64,000 bases of DNA from positions 50,594,001-50,658,000 of the forward strand of contig NC_086097.1 of assembly GCF_963921235.1 (NCBI RefSeq). Reading direction: 5' to 3'. The DNA comes from Mobula hypostoma. Lineage: Eukaryota. Positions 26,608 through 38,880 of the stretch are shown here, piece after piece. The translations under genes were made by a program, and so were the position numbers. The notes beneath the pieces were generated by a model. The model did not search any database. It was not told the origin of the DNA and saw only the letters and a program-made list of their open reading frames with translations. The first letter of the stretch is position 1. The number at the start of each line of letters is the position of its first letter.

Positions 26608-27782
26608 CTATAAAGGGAAAATGAGAAATTGTTTTAATTAAGACACTACAACAAACCAATGATATGAGAATTGCACAAATCGACCCTTGGATGCATTTCA
26701 AAACACAAATCATTTATATAACATGAACATGTTAAACTAAGAATTCTTTCTTCTTTAATCAACAAAACTCTCCAATAAATATATCCCAGTATATTCCACA
26801 TGCAAATTATATCACATTTAACATGTTGAATGCCAAGTGTTTTTTCAAACCAGAAAGATATCTTAAAATTGTGGACAATCTCCTACCATATTGAAAACAC
26901 AGAGCATAAAGGCTGTACTGGACCCACGTGATCCAAGTCTGAAATATTACATCACCATAGCATGAACAGGAAGTGAATTTCATTTTAAATTAATTATCAG
27001 ACATTGAGGAAAATTAAACACTTGCCCATTGAATAATGCTGAAAACAGCAATTAAAACTATAATTTTAAAATTAAAATCTTTGGTGAAAGTTTTCATTTT
27101 GATAATTCTTACAAAAATTATTTGTAAGGAAATCAGTTTTTAAATCAAGAATGATTCATTGGTAAGAACTTAATAAAGAGATCGAAATCAATTTGCAAAA
27201 CTTGATGTAACAAGTAATTTGTGTTCCACCAGTTACAATGTTGGTTAGTATTGCACTTTCAATATCCAGAATGATATTTGAGCAAGTCAATATGATTCAC
27301 TTAACACACGAAATCATCTCACATTATTTATACCTACAGCACACTCCACATATTTGACATGTCATGTGCAATAACCATCTTAATTAGATTTAATACCTAG
27401 TGAAGTATTTTGTGGTTACACAAGATTTGATGAAATGCATGTTCTGCAATAGGATTCAATTTGCTTTGATAATGCATTAATAGGAACGATTCAAAAGTAA
27501 TTAGGAATTTGAACAAAATTGTAACTAAATAATTGAAGTGATATTTAACTACAATTTTGATCATAGAATCAGAATGACCTAAACATTATGAATTAATGTT
27601 ATAGACCCTAAGCAATAACAGAGAAACATTGTTAAGCAGATTCTTTAAATGATCCACAAAGAAAAAAAGGTAGACACAAGCATCAAATTAGCAGCACCCA
27701 TGCAAGTTATCTATGAAGAGACCAGCCAACTAAATAAGGAAGCTATTTTGATACTGGAAAAATGCAGCATGAAAAGACATAC

Positions 27783-27836
27783 CACCAGAAATGTGAACAG
27801 GAACAAAGACTGTAGAGCAAATTGAACTTGAACTGC
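27783..27836 (-). CDS. SOS2: Candidate alternative SOS2 exon, 54 nt, phase 1-1
   Basis: ctcctgtactttctgcag|GCAGTTCA...TCTGGTG|gtatgt; open in frame (SSSSSICSTVFVPVHISG); resembles exon 21; no transcript evidence. Confidence 0.6.
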
Positions 27837-28642
27837 CTGCAGAAAGTACAGGAGTGACAAGTAAGCAAAACAGCCATCAAATTTGTCACAAACTGCCTTT
27901 ATCAGCAGTAACATGCATCTGTATAAACATTTATTAACATTGGAAAATGCAAGATTAGAGCTGGTTTATAACTCAAAGCACAAATTCTATTCAATGAGCA
28001 GTTAAGCAAGGCGCCACTACCTACAAATTTACTCTTGATCAGAGGCACTAAATGTAGCATATAGTTACATTAGAATGCTATCCTCTGCTGATGAAATTTA
28101 TTCCATTGAATTCAATGGAAATCAGTTTTAGAGACTGTACGGAGTACTGAAGTAACTATAGAGAAAGTTTAGCACTCCTAGCCAGGAAAGAATTTCTAGC
28201 CACACTGATCTTCCATTAAAATTATGATTGCTCTTGCATAAATATAAACACTTGTGAATAAATTAGTGTAACTATGAACGTCTTCACACCTGATTCTGAA
28301 ACTACCTTCAATCAAGTATGTATAGAGGCACACCACAATTAATTTCCTCTTCCAACTCTAAGATGTTGACTATGCTTTCGACCAATATGAACAAACTCAG
28401 AAAGCTTTATTGCTAAATAACCTTGGATGATCTCCTGAATTTAAAGATTGCCACTAAAACACTCAGAGTTATAACTATTTGACCACTGGGAGCTTAACAT
28501 AAAGAAACATGAGGATTCCAATAATCTTAAAAAGAAAACAAGTTGACAATGCACTTTGAAAACCAATGCCTAGGAATTGCACACACATATTGATTAACAA
28601 TTTTAATTTCGGGGATATTATTCCATAGAGAATTACACTCAC

Positions 28643-28901
28643 TGCCAGAGCTGGGCAATTCCACATCACCAAAGACACTGAGATCAGAAGAAGCAGACAC
28701 AGGTGGGGTTGATGGAGTATTTGGAGAGTTTGGAACAGATATTATTGACTCATTATCAGTTTCAGGAATTCTACTAAAACTGATCTTGCGTGGTTCACGT
28801 TCTAATGGCATAGGATTCCTTAAGGTTCCAGAGGTAGAGGTATGTCTTGTAGTATTAGGTCTTATTCCTGGAGATTTTAAGGAATATGAAGATTTTCTTG
28901 G
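28643..28901 (-). CDS. SOS2: SOS2 exon 20, 259 nt
   Basis: [16 protein letters not shown]...KISFSRI...[19 protein letters not shown]; cag|CCA...GCA|gtgagt. Confidence 0.95.
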
Positions 28902-29319
28902 CTGAAGAGAAAAGACAAGACAATTTATTATCACAGCTCAAAAATAATTTGAATTCTTATTCAATATTAATATGTAACTAATTAATCTAACCAATAATTT
29001 CAATATGACCTGAAAAGATGATAATGTAATTCACCTAACAATTCAGGGTTATTTCAATCTGCATCCTCACTGCATAAAAGGGTGCTTATTTAGAGTGTTT
29101 TCTTATGTTAGAATCCGATATTGTTCAGGCTATCTGGATAATGTTACTGCTCACCTGTTCAGCATTTCAATTATTCTGCCACTGTCACTTTAACCTCAAA
29201 ATTCAATATTTAAGCACAATTATTGAGAAGATCATGGATTTGTCAGAAACTAGTTTGGGCAGTTTTCCACAAGTCCTCATGAGGATAATCGACTCCCCCA
29301 GTCCATTGCTGTCACAAGA

Positions 29320-30330
29320 CTAGGATGAAAGATGGAGCCAAGTAAAGAAGAGAGGGGAAGGGAGTTGAGGGAAGGCAGCAAAGAAAAAAAAACAACAGGG
29401 AGAAAGGGCAAATAGAGAGCCAGGTGAAGCTGAAGTGAGGTTGATAAGCAGGGACACAAATACTACCAAGCACTTTAATCTGATAAGTAAGGAAGACAAT
29501 AATGGGATCTATTAAGAGAGAGGTGAAAGGGAGATGTAACTAAATGGGATAGTGCAATGAAAATGGATGATGGAGGTTTGGGGAAGGAGGATTTTGGGAA
29601 AGAGAACACTTCAGGTAAAGGTTACTTGAAATTCTAAATTTCAATGTTCAAACCACTGGATTATAGACTACCTTGGCTGAACTCCAGGAGTTGTTCCTTT
29701 AGTTTGCATGGTGCCTCATCCTGGCAATGGAGATGGTGGAGGACAGACAGATTGTTTGCCTACTCTGTGTTTAGAGGCCAATAATCCAGGAACTTAAGCC
29801 CTTCCAGGTGAGTCAGAGTTAAGTGCACTTCCTTCAACTACTACATTGAGTGCTTCTGATGAGGCCCCTCTACATCGGTGAGACCAAGCATTGACTAGGC
29901 AATCAATTTCCAAAGCACTTCCACCCTTTCTGGAAATGGCCATCCCAATTTCCCAGTTGCATGCTATCTCAACTCCCCTTCCTACTCCCATATTCTGTAG
30001 TTGACCCTCTGGGCAGGCCCAATATATATCTTATATTTCACCTAGGCCCAATAGACCTCTTTCAATGGTGAAATAATTGAATTTTCTAATTTCAAGTACC
30101 CGTTTCACCCAGCCCCATCTTTCTGATTTACCTCCAATCCTCATATTTTTGCCCTTTCCCATAAGCCCCTCAACCTCTCCATCCGGTTTTTTTCTGCCTC
30201 CCTCTCCCCTTATGCTTCCATCCATCCACTATCACTGTGTTACCAACAAATGTCCGTCTAGTTCCATCTGCCCTTCACATCCTCTATTATCACCTTCATT
30301 ATTTATTACATTTCAGCACTGGTAAGCCTT
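29320..30330. mobile_element. Old Penelope-like fragments in opposite orientations (GIY-YIG remnant)
   Basis: Plus strand LYIGETK...HPNFPVACYLNSP at ~29865-29980; minus-strand C-terminal remnant at ~29620-29750. Confidence 0.6.
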
Positions 30331-30501
30331 TGGTATTCCTGCTTATCACAAATTCCAAGGTTCGGTTCAGAAATTGATTTTAAATTACCCTACTTCTCAA
30401 ATATGGTGCAACTGTAACAAAAACCAATTTCCCCCGGGATCAATAAAGTATGACTATGACTATGAAATATACAAGTTAAATGGAACTTCAGGATTACTTA
30501 C

Positions 30502-30618
30502 AAATCGTGGTGGTTGTTTACAGTTACGTGGTTCAATTTCCAAGGATTTGTTGAACAAATAGTCTGTAAACTCCTTTTCATTCATATTTCCCATTGGATT
30601 CAGATTTTCAAAAAACTT
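30502..30618 (-). CDS. SOS2: SOS2 exon 19, 117 nt
   Basis: [39 protein letters not shown]; follows a 102-nt intron. Confidence 0.95.
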
Positions 30619-30720
30619 CTATACATTGAGACAGATGGACATTAGGTAATTTTTGGTGACCAAAGTAATTTTCAATGGGTATAGAAATTTAAATTTTGAA
30701 AGAAGTAATCTATGAGCTAC

Positions 30721-30893
30721 CTTTATATCCATTTCCACTTGTAGGCAGTAGGGCTGATTTTGATACTGTTGGATTTCTCCTGTGATTTCTGCCACTTTCC
30801 TTCGTTTGCTAAAATTTATTAATTCCTTTCCACATCTTTTGAGGAAATCTGGGTTCCCTACTTCAGTCTTCAGAATGTTTGTCAAATAAATAC
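30721..30893 (-). CDS. SOS2: SOS2 exon 18 (catalytic helical hairpin), 173 nt
   Basis: [58 protein letters not shown]; aag|GT...AAG|gtagc. Confidence 0.96.
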
Positions 30894-31123
30894 CTTTGAA
30901 TGGAAATAGTTTTTTAAAAAAAATTCCAACTTAAAACAAAACTACAACATGCTTAATAAATATAGAAGAGCGGAAGATTTAAAAAAAAATGAGACAGCAG
31001 ACAGAGGTTAAAAACTAATGTAACAAACCCAGTGGATTTAAGTACACAGGAGAAACTAATTCCATGTACAATTCATTGTTGAATCAAACTAAGGAAACAG
31101 AGAGAAATAGTTAAAATGCCTAC

Positions 31124-31241
31124 CAAAGAAAGGCACACAAGGCGGGTTTATTGACTTAAGCTTGGTTAGGTACTTTTTGAAATGATCTTGACTTAGGTCC
31201 ACTGCTTCTTCCAAAACCTTTTTCTTTCTTTCAGGTAATGC
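31124..31241 (-). CDS. SOS2: SOS2 exon 17, 118 nt
   Basis: [49 protein letters not shown] is SOS2-like rather than SOS1 SEDHYKKYL. Confidence 0.95.
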
Positions 31242-31943
31242 CTGCATAGAAATATATTTTTAAAACGTTGTAAATAAATACAAAATTTCATGCTCCTAGA
31301 CCAAAGATAATTCCTGGAAATCAATATTATACAATAAGTGATATTCATCACTAATTTGCAAATACCACTAATTCTGCAACTAATGCTTTCACCCATGAGT
31401 CAACTACCAAATAGGAAGATGAAAATAAATAAGATTTTCATTACTGCTGAAAGGGTTATTTGGAAGGAAGATTCAAGGATAAGCAAAAAGCACAAAACCA
31501 CCATCTCAATCCACAGAAGAACTAAAACAATTAAATGAGAATTGAAGCAATAAACAATGTTCTGGAGGAACTCAAGAGGGCCAGGCAGCATCAGTGGAGG
31601 GAAATGGACAGACAATGTTTCAAGTTCAGACCACTCATCCGGACCGAAAGATAAAGTGGAGATAGCCAGTACAAAGAGACGAAGGGAGGGGACGGAGAAA
31701 GTTCTGTCAAGTGATAGGTAGATCCAGGCAGGGACAAGTGATAGGCATATAGAGGATGGAAGAGTTGAAATTGTGATAGAGATTGGGAGGTGACAAAGGG
31801 CTGCAGATTCAAGAATTGTTTAATGTTATTTCCAGTACTGTAGTGTGAAGGAGAACAAAATAATTGTTACTCCGGATCTGTTGCAGCACACACAAAAAAA
31901 AGACATAAGATAAAGAACACAAAAATTAAAAAAAAAACACAAT

Positions 31944-32366
31944 TGTAGCAGTTACTTGAAAAACAAACCAAAACCGTTGAGACTGAGAGAGGGAATTAAC
32001 ACTTTATGTCACATTTCCAAATAACTGAATTCCAAGTTGAAGAAAGTACATTCGCTCCTTTATTACGAAAGCAGCAAAGGTGAACAATCTACAACCGTAA
32101 TATAGCAAAATTAGCAAACTAGTGAAAGTAGTGAAATAAGCAAAGATTGTAAATGAGCAATATCAGAATCAATGATACTAACAAAGTGAGCTGACAACAA
32201 AAAAAAAATTAATTCCCGGCTCTAACTAAACTAATGAGGACAAAGCGCAAATACTCATTTGCTTCTACCATGCCCCTAACCCATGTGACAAATTACCGTA
32301 ACCCACAATGGAAACACACAACACAACATACAATACAGACAGAAAATAAATACATGGCTCCTAGCA
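31944..32366 (-). mobile_element. Solo LTR of the same BEL family, inside a Rex1-type 3' fragment (~31810-32630)
   Basis: Reverse complement matches both LTR ends (agccatgta...ttttcaagtaactgctaca); TSD imperfect (acaat vs caaat). Confidence 0.8.
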
Positions 32367-32944
32367 CAAATACCGTACATCGATTGATTTAATGTACATA
32401 AAGTGAAGCCAGGCACAGGAGCATCTGTACACAAGGTGAATCTGACAGGAAGTGATAAAGCAGTGGTGGTGGAGGGTATTGTGGGGTGGGTTAGTGGGTG
32501 AAGGTGTTGGTCTGCCTTACTGCTTTGGAGAAGTAACTGTTTTTGAATCTGGTGTGTCCTGTCATGTCCTGATGGGAGTGAGACAAACAGCTCATGAACC
32601 AGGAGGGTGGGATCCTTCATGATACTGCTGGAATATGAGTTTCTGTTCCTCTGGTTTGTTTAGACTCACCCTGGGAAGCCAAGGTATTCATGTAAATGTG
32701 GGAACTGTTACATATGCAAGGAGCAAGAACTACAACTGAGCAGTAAAATTAAACATTTTTACTAAATCATGTTTGTAATGGTACATGCTGGGCAACTTAC
32801 AGTGTGGGTGTCTTGGTGGGCTCAGTTCATCACTCCCACACTAGAAATTGCTCAGTGTGTACTTTTACTGACATGACTCAGTAAAAAAACGGAATTTTAC
32901 TACTCCATTGCAATTCTTGCTCCACCCAATCCGTAACAGGAATG

Positions 32945-35900
32945 CAAGACCACAAGACATAGGAGCAGAATTAGGCCATCTGGCCCATCAAGTCTGCTCC
33001 ACCATTCAATCATGGCTGATCTCCTCCTCAGCCCCACTCCCTTGCCTTCTCCCCATAACCTTTGATGCTGTGCCCAATCAAGAACTTATCAATCTCTGCC
33101 TTAAATACACCCAACCACCTAGCCTCCACAGCCAACTAAGGTAACAAATTCCACAAATTCACCACCCTCTGGCTACAGGAATTTCTCTGCATCTGTTTTA
33201 AATGGATGCTCCTCTATCGTGAGGCTGTGCCCTCTTGTCCTAGATTCCCCCACAATGGGAAACATCCTTTCCACATCTCATCTGTCTAGGCCTTTCAACA
33301 TTTGAAACGTTTCAATGAGATCCCCCCTCATCCTTCTGAATTCCAGCAAGTGCAGACCCAGAATCATCAAACACTCCTCGTATGATAACCCTTTCAGTCC
33401 TGGAATCATCCTTGTGAACCTCCTCTGAACCCTTTCCAATACCAGCACACCTTAAATGAGGAGGCCAAAACTGTTCACAATACTCAAGGTGAGGCCTCAC
33501 CAGCATCATATCCCTGTTCTTGTATTCTCCACCTCTTGAAATGAATGCCAACATTGCATTTGCCTTCCTCACCACCGACTCACCCTGCAAGTTAACCTTT
33601 AGGGCGTTCTGCACAAGGACTTCCAAGTCCCTTTGTATCTCAGATTCTTGGATTTTCTCCTTATTTAGAAAATAGTCTGCACATTTATTTCTACTACCAA
33701 AGTGCATGACCATGCATTTTCCAATACTGTATTTCATTTGCCACTTTCTTGCTCATTCTCCTAATCTGTCTCAGTCCTTCTGCATGCAGCCTACCTGGTT
33801 CCTCAACACTATCTGCCCCTCCTCCAATATTCGTATCATCTGCAAACTTGGCAACAAAGCCATCTATTGCATCATCTAAATCATTGATATGCAGCATAAA
33901 AAGAAGCGGTCCCAACACCAACCTCTGCGGAACACCACTAGTCACTGGCAGCCAACCATAAAGGGTCTTTTTATTCCAACGTGCTGCCGCCTAACAATCA
34001 GCCAATGCTCTAACCGTGATAGTAACTTTCCTGTATTATCACGGGCTCTTAACCTGATAAGCAGACTCACGTGTGGGACCTTGTCAAAGGCCTTCTGAAA
34101 GTCCAAATATACAACATCCATTGCATCCCCTTTATCTATCTTATGTGTAATCTCCTCAAAGGATTCCAACAGATTCATCAGGCAAGATTTTCCCTGAGGG
34201 AAACCATGCTGGCTTTGTCCCATCTTGTCCTGTGTCACCAAGTACTCCATCACCTCTTCCTTAACAATTGACTAACATCCTTCCAACTACTGAGGTCAGG
34301 TTAACTGGTCAATAATTTCCTTTCTGCTGCCTTCCTCCTTTCTTAAAGAGTAGAGTGACATTTGCAATTTTCCAGTCCTCTGGTACCATGCTAAGAGTCC
34401 AATGAATTTTGAAACATAACTAATGCCTCCACAATCTCTACCACTACCTCTTTCAGAATCCTTGAGTGCAGTTCATCTGGTCCAGGTGACTTATGTACCC
34501 TTGGGTCTTTTAGCTTTCTGAGCACCTTCTCCCTTGTAATAGTAACTGCACTTACTTCTCTTCCCTCACACCCTTCAACATCTGGCACACTGCTAGTGTC
34601 TTCCACAGTGAAGACTAATGCAAAATACTCATTTAGTCCATCTGCCATCTCCTTGTCCCCAGATATTATTGCTCCGGCGTAACTTTCTAGCCATTCTATA
34701 CCTACACTCATCTTTTACTATTCACTTTGATAACATTTGCAAGCTTGCTTCCACATTTCATCTTTTCCTTCCTAATGATTCTTTTAGTTGCTCTCTTTAG
34801 GTTTTTAAAAGCTTCCCAATCCTCAATCTTCCTGCTAATTTTTGCTTTGTTGTGTGCCCTCTCTTTTGCTTTTATATTAGCTTTCACTCTCCCTGTCAGT
34901 CATGGTTGTACTATTTTCCCATTTGAGCATTTCTTTGTTTTTGCAATACATTTATCCTTCACCCTCCTCATTTTTCCTAGAAACTCATGCCATTAGCCGG
35001 CTGGTGGCATACTGGCATCAGCGCTGGACTTTGGAGCAAAGGCTGAAGTTCGAATCCAGCCGGCTCCCTTGCATACTTTCCATCCGTGCTGGGTTGAGCG
35101 TTGAGCTAGCAACTCGGCCTTGTAAAAATAAGAAGGCCTGCTAAAAAAAAAAACGCCATCATGATGGCATCCTGATGACTCCACTCAAAGTTAAAGGTTT
35201 TCTTCTTCATGCCATTGCTGCTCTGCTGTCATCCCTGCCAGCATTTCCTTCTAATTTACTTTGGCCAACTCCTCTCATACCACTGTAATTTCCCTTACTC
35301 CACTGAAAAACTGCTACGTCACACTTTACCTTCTCCTTATCAAATTTCAAGTTGAACTTAATCATATTGTTCTTTTATCTTAAGCTCCCTAATCTCCTCT
35401 GGTTCATTACATAACACCCCAACTAGTATAGCTGATCCCCTAGTAGGCTCAACAACAAACTGCTCGAAAAAGCCATCTCGCGGGCATTCAACAAACTCAG
35501 TCTCTTGAGATCCATTACCAACCTGATCTTCCCAATTGACCTGTATGTTAAAATCTCCCATGACTATCATAGCATTGCGCTTTTAACAGCCCTTTTCTAT
35601 TTTCCACTGTAATCTGTGGTCCACATGCCAGCCACTGTTGCGAGTCCTGTATATAACTGCCATCAGGGTCCTTTTACCCCTGTAGTTTCTCAACTCAACC
35701 CACTAGGATTCAACATCTACCGATCCTAACTCACATCTTTCTACTGATTTAATACCATTCTTTACCAGCAGAGACATGTTATCCCCTCTGTCTAGCTTTC
35801 TATCCCTCCGATACCACGTGTAAAATTGAACATTCATCTCCCAACCAAAACCATCCTTCAGCCATGATTCAGTGATGGCCACATCATACTTGACAATTTG

Positions 35901-36140
35901 TGATAGTGCAACAAGATTATCCACCTTATTTCTTATACTCTGTACATTGAGATATAACACTATATTTGCTCCCTTTTTGATTCTGCATCCCCAATACACT
36001 GATACTCACCCTGCTGGCTGCAATTTTGTCCCATCATCTGCATGCCCTTCTTGACATTCTGACTGCATGTTATCTTTGCTATTTTGCAATCCATCCTATC
36101 TTGAGTCCCTTTACTTCGATTCCCACCCCATTTCCAATGT
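32945..36140 (-). mobile_element. CR1 LINE, nearly full ORF2 span, degraded
   Basis: YLNVQSIRNK, AITESWL, MGDFNI, KSPGPDELH, DFQKAFDKVPH, GVPQ..LGPLLF..INDL, KFADDT. Confidence 0.9.
34995..35206 (+). mobile_element. tRNA-derived SINE nested in CR1
   Basis: A box TGGCATACTGG, B box GTTCGAATCC, (TTC)n tail, TSD tcatgccatt at 34985-34994 and 35207-35216. Confidence 0.8.
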
Positions 36141-36489
36141 AGTGGGGAATTAACATTTAAAGCCATTAAAGAGAGACAAGTAATGGAAGATTTAAAGAGC
36201 AATATAAATTATGCAACAAATAAAGGAATTTGCCATCCATTTACATTTCTTCCTTGCAACCATACAAATATCACTGGAGTCATGGATTTTGCAGTGGATC
36301 TTTCCTGGTACAGGATACGAGAACCAGTCTTCAAATTAAATCCAGGGTATCACAGCAAGTCTGAGCTCCACTGATGACTACATTTTGAGACAACCATGTG
36401 AATAATTCCAAACATACTGGCATTTACATGCGTAAGTACATTTAGCTCTATTTGAAAATCCGTATCAACTGAACTGGTTAAACACAAAT

Positions 36490-36825
36490 TCAGATAGTCA
36501 GAGGCTTTTTCCCAGGGCTGAAAAGGCTAGCACGAGAGTGCATAGTTTTAAGGTGCTTGGAAGTAGGTACAGAGGAGATGTTGGGTAAGTTTGTTTGTTT
36601 TTTTTTAAAAACGCAGAGAGTGGTGAGTGCGTGGAATGGGCTGCCAGCGACAGTGGTGGAGGCGGATACAATAGGGTCTTTTAAGAGACTCCTGGACAGG
36701 TACATGGAGCTCAGAAAAATAGAGGGCTATGGGTAACCCCAGGTAATTTCTGAGATAAGGACATGTTCGGCACAGCTTTGTGGGCTGAAGGGCCTATATT
36801 GTGCTGTAGGATTTCTGTGTTTCTA
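36490..36825 (+). mobile_element. CR1 3' fragment
   Basis: Reverse complement of the 51-395 family tail. Confidence 0.85.
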
Positions 36826-36902
36826 AATTCAGTCACTTTGACTGCCTGTCAACACTGGAGTAGAGGGTTCAATTTACACCAACTAATGAGCAACAAGAGT
36901 TA

Positions 36903-37151
<249 letters not shown>

Positions 37152-37639
37152 TTACATATTAGGAAACCTTTTAAAATTTAAGATGGCCTGCAAAAATGTT
37201 TCATCCTTATTTCTCTTCACTGATTGTATTGCACTTGCAATACCAAACAATATTCATAATATAGAAAGTCAAATGCTATGATGAAAGTAAACAGAACCTA
37301 ATCAAGCCATTGGCTGAAGCACTTTACGTAAAATCCTCACATTCACAAGAGACAACTCTTCTAAATTCAATACTTTCTAATCTACCATTTTAATTCTGCA
37401 CTCAATTCAATCTTAATTTAGTAAAACTAGGATTTATCAATTATCAATGTTATCTCTAGGTAAATTATTTGTACTATGCCAGTGCACTTAACAAAAAAAT
37501 CAGTGTTAACAAACAATACTTTGAAGATATTCATTAAAGCAATTTTTTTTTACATACATATGTAAAACTTTTATGCACACACATATACACACACACATCT
37601 CATCTTCTTCACAGGATCTACCATCCATTTCCACAACCT

Positions 37640-38880
37640 TCACTTTTACTTTATTGTCGCCAAACAATTGATACTAGAGCATACAATCATCACAGTGACA
37701 AATTGATTCTGCGCTTTGCGCTCCCTGGAGTACAAATCGATAGTAAATAGTAAAAATTTAAATTATATATCATAAATAGAAAATAGAAAAGGGAAAGTAA
37801 GGTAGTGCAAAAAAACCAAGAGGCAGGTCCGGATATTTGGAGGGTATGGCCCAGATCTGGGTCAGCATCCATTCAGCAGTCTTATCACAGTTGGAAAGAA
37901 GCTGTTCCCAAATCTGGCCATACGAGTCTTCAAGCTCCTGAGCCTTCTCCTGGAGGGAAGAGGGACGAAAAGTGTGTTGGCTGGGTGGGTCGTGTCCCTG
38001 ATTACCCTGGCAGCACTGCTCCAACAGCGTGCTGTGTGAAGTGAGTCTACGGACAGAAGATTGGTTTGTGTAATGTGTTGCACCGTGTTCACAATCTTCT
38101 GAAGCTTCTTCTGGTTTTGGACAGGACAATTTCCATACCAGGTTGTGATGCACCCTCGAAGAATGCTTTCTACGGTGCATCTATAAAAATTAGTGAGGGT
38201 TTTAGGGGACAGGCCAAATTTCTTTAGCTTTTTCAGGAAGTAAAGGCGCTGGTGGGCCTTCTTGGCAGTGGACTCTGCTTGGTTGGACCAAGTCAGGTCA
38301 TTTGTGATATTTACCCCGAGGAACTTAAAGCTTTTGACCTGTTCCACTTGCGCACCACTGATGTAAATGGGGTCGTGTGGTCCGCTACTCCTTCTGAAGT
38401 CAACAACCAATTCCTTGGTCTTGCTGACTTTGAGGGGTAGGTTATTGTCTTCGTACCATGCCACCAGGTTCTTAATTTCCTCTCTGTACTCAAACTCATC
38501 ATTACCCAAGATACAGCCTATAATTGTGGTGTCATCAGCAAACTTGTATATTGAGTTTGATGGAAATTTGGCTACACAATCATGGGTGTACAGTGAGTAC
38601 AGCAGGGGGCTGAGTACACAGCCTTGTGGGGCACCGGTGCTCAGAGTGATTGTAGAGAAGAGCTTGTCCCCCATTTTTACAACCTGGGTCCTGTCTGTGA
38701 GGAAGTTGAAGATTTAGCTGTAGATCTGAGTGCTAAGGCCCAGGTTCCGGAGCTTAGGAATCAGTTTATTTGGAATGATGGTATTAAAGGCAGAGCTGTA
38801 GTCAATGAAAAGGAGCCTTACATATGCACCTTTATTCTCCAGGTGTTCTAAGGAGGAACGTAGGGCCAGAGAGATGGCAT
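37640..38880 (-). mobile_element. Young Rex1/Babar-type LINE, 5'-truncated
   Basis: 270-aa open RT/C-terminal frame (GAPQGCVLSPLLY...KFADDTT); upstream frame [13 protein letters not shown] broken by one TAA; TAAAG-type tail. Confidence 0.9.

Noticed and set aside
28033..28047. 15-nt AG/GT-bounded in-frame segment in SOS2 intron 20
   Set aside because: Poor polypyrimidine tract and weak donor (AGA|gtaaat); compatible with chance
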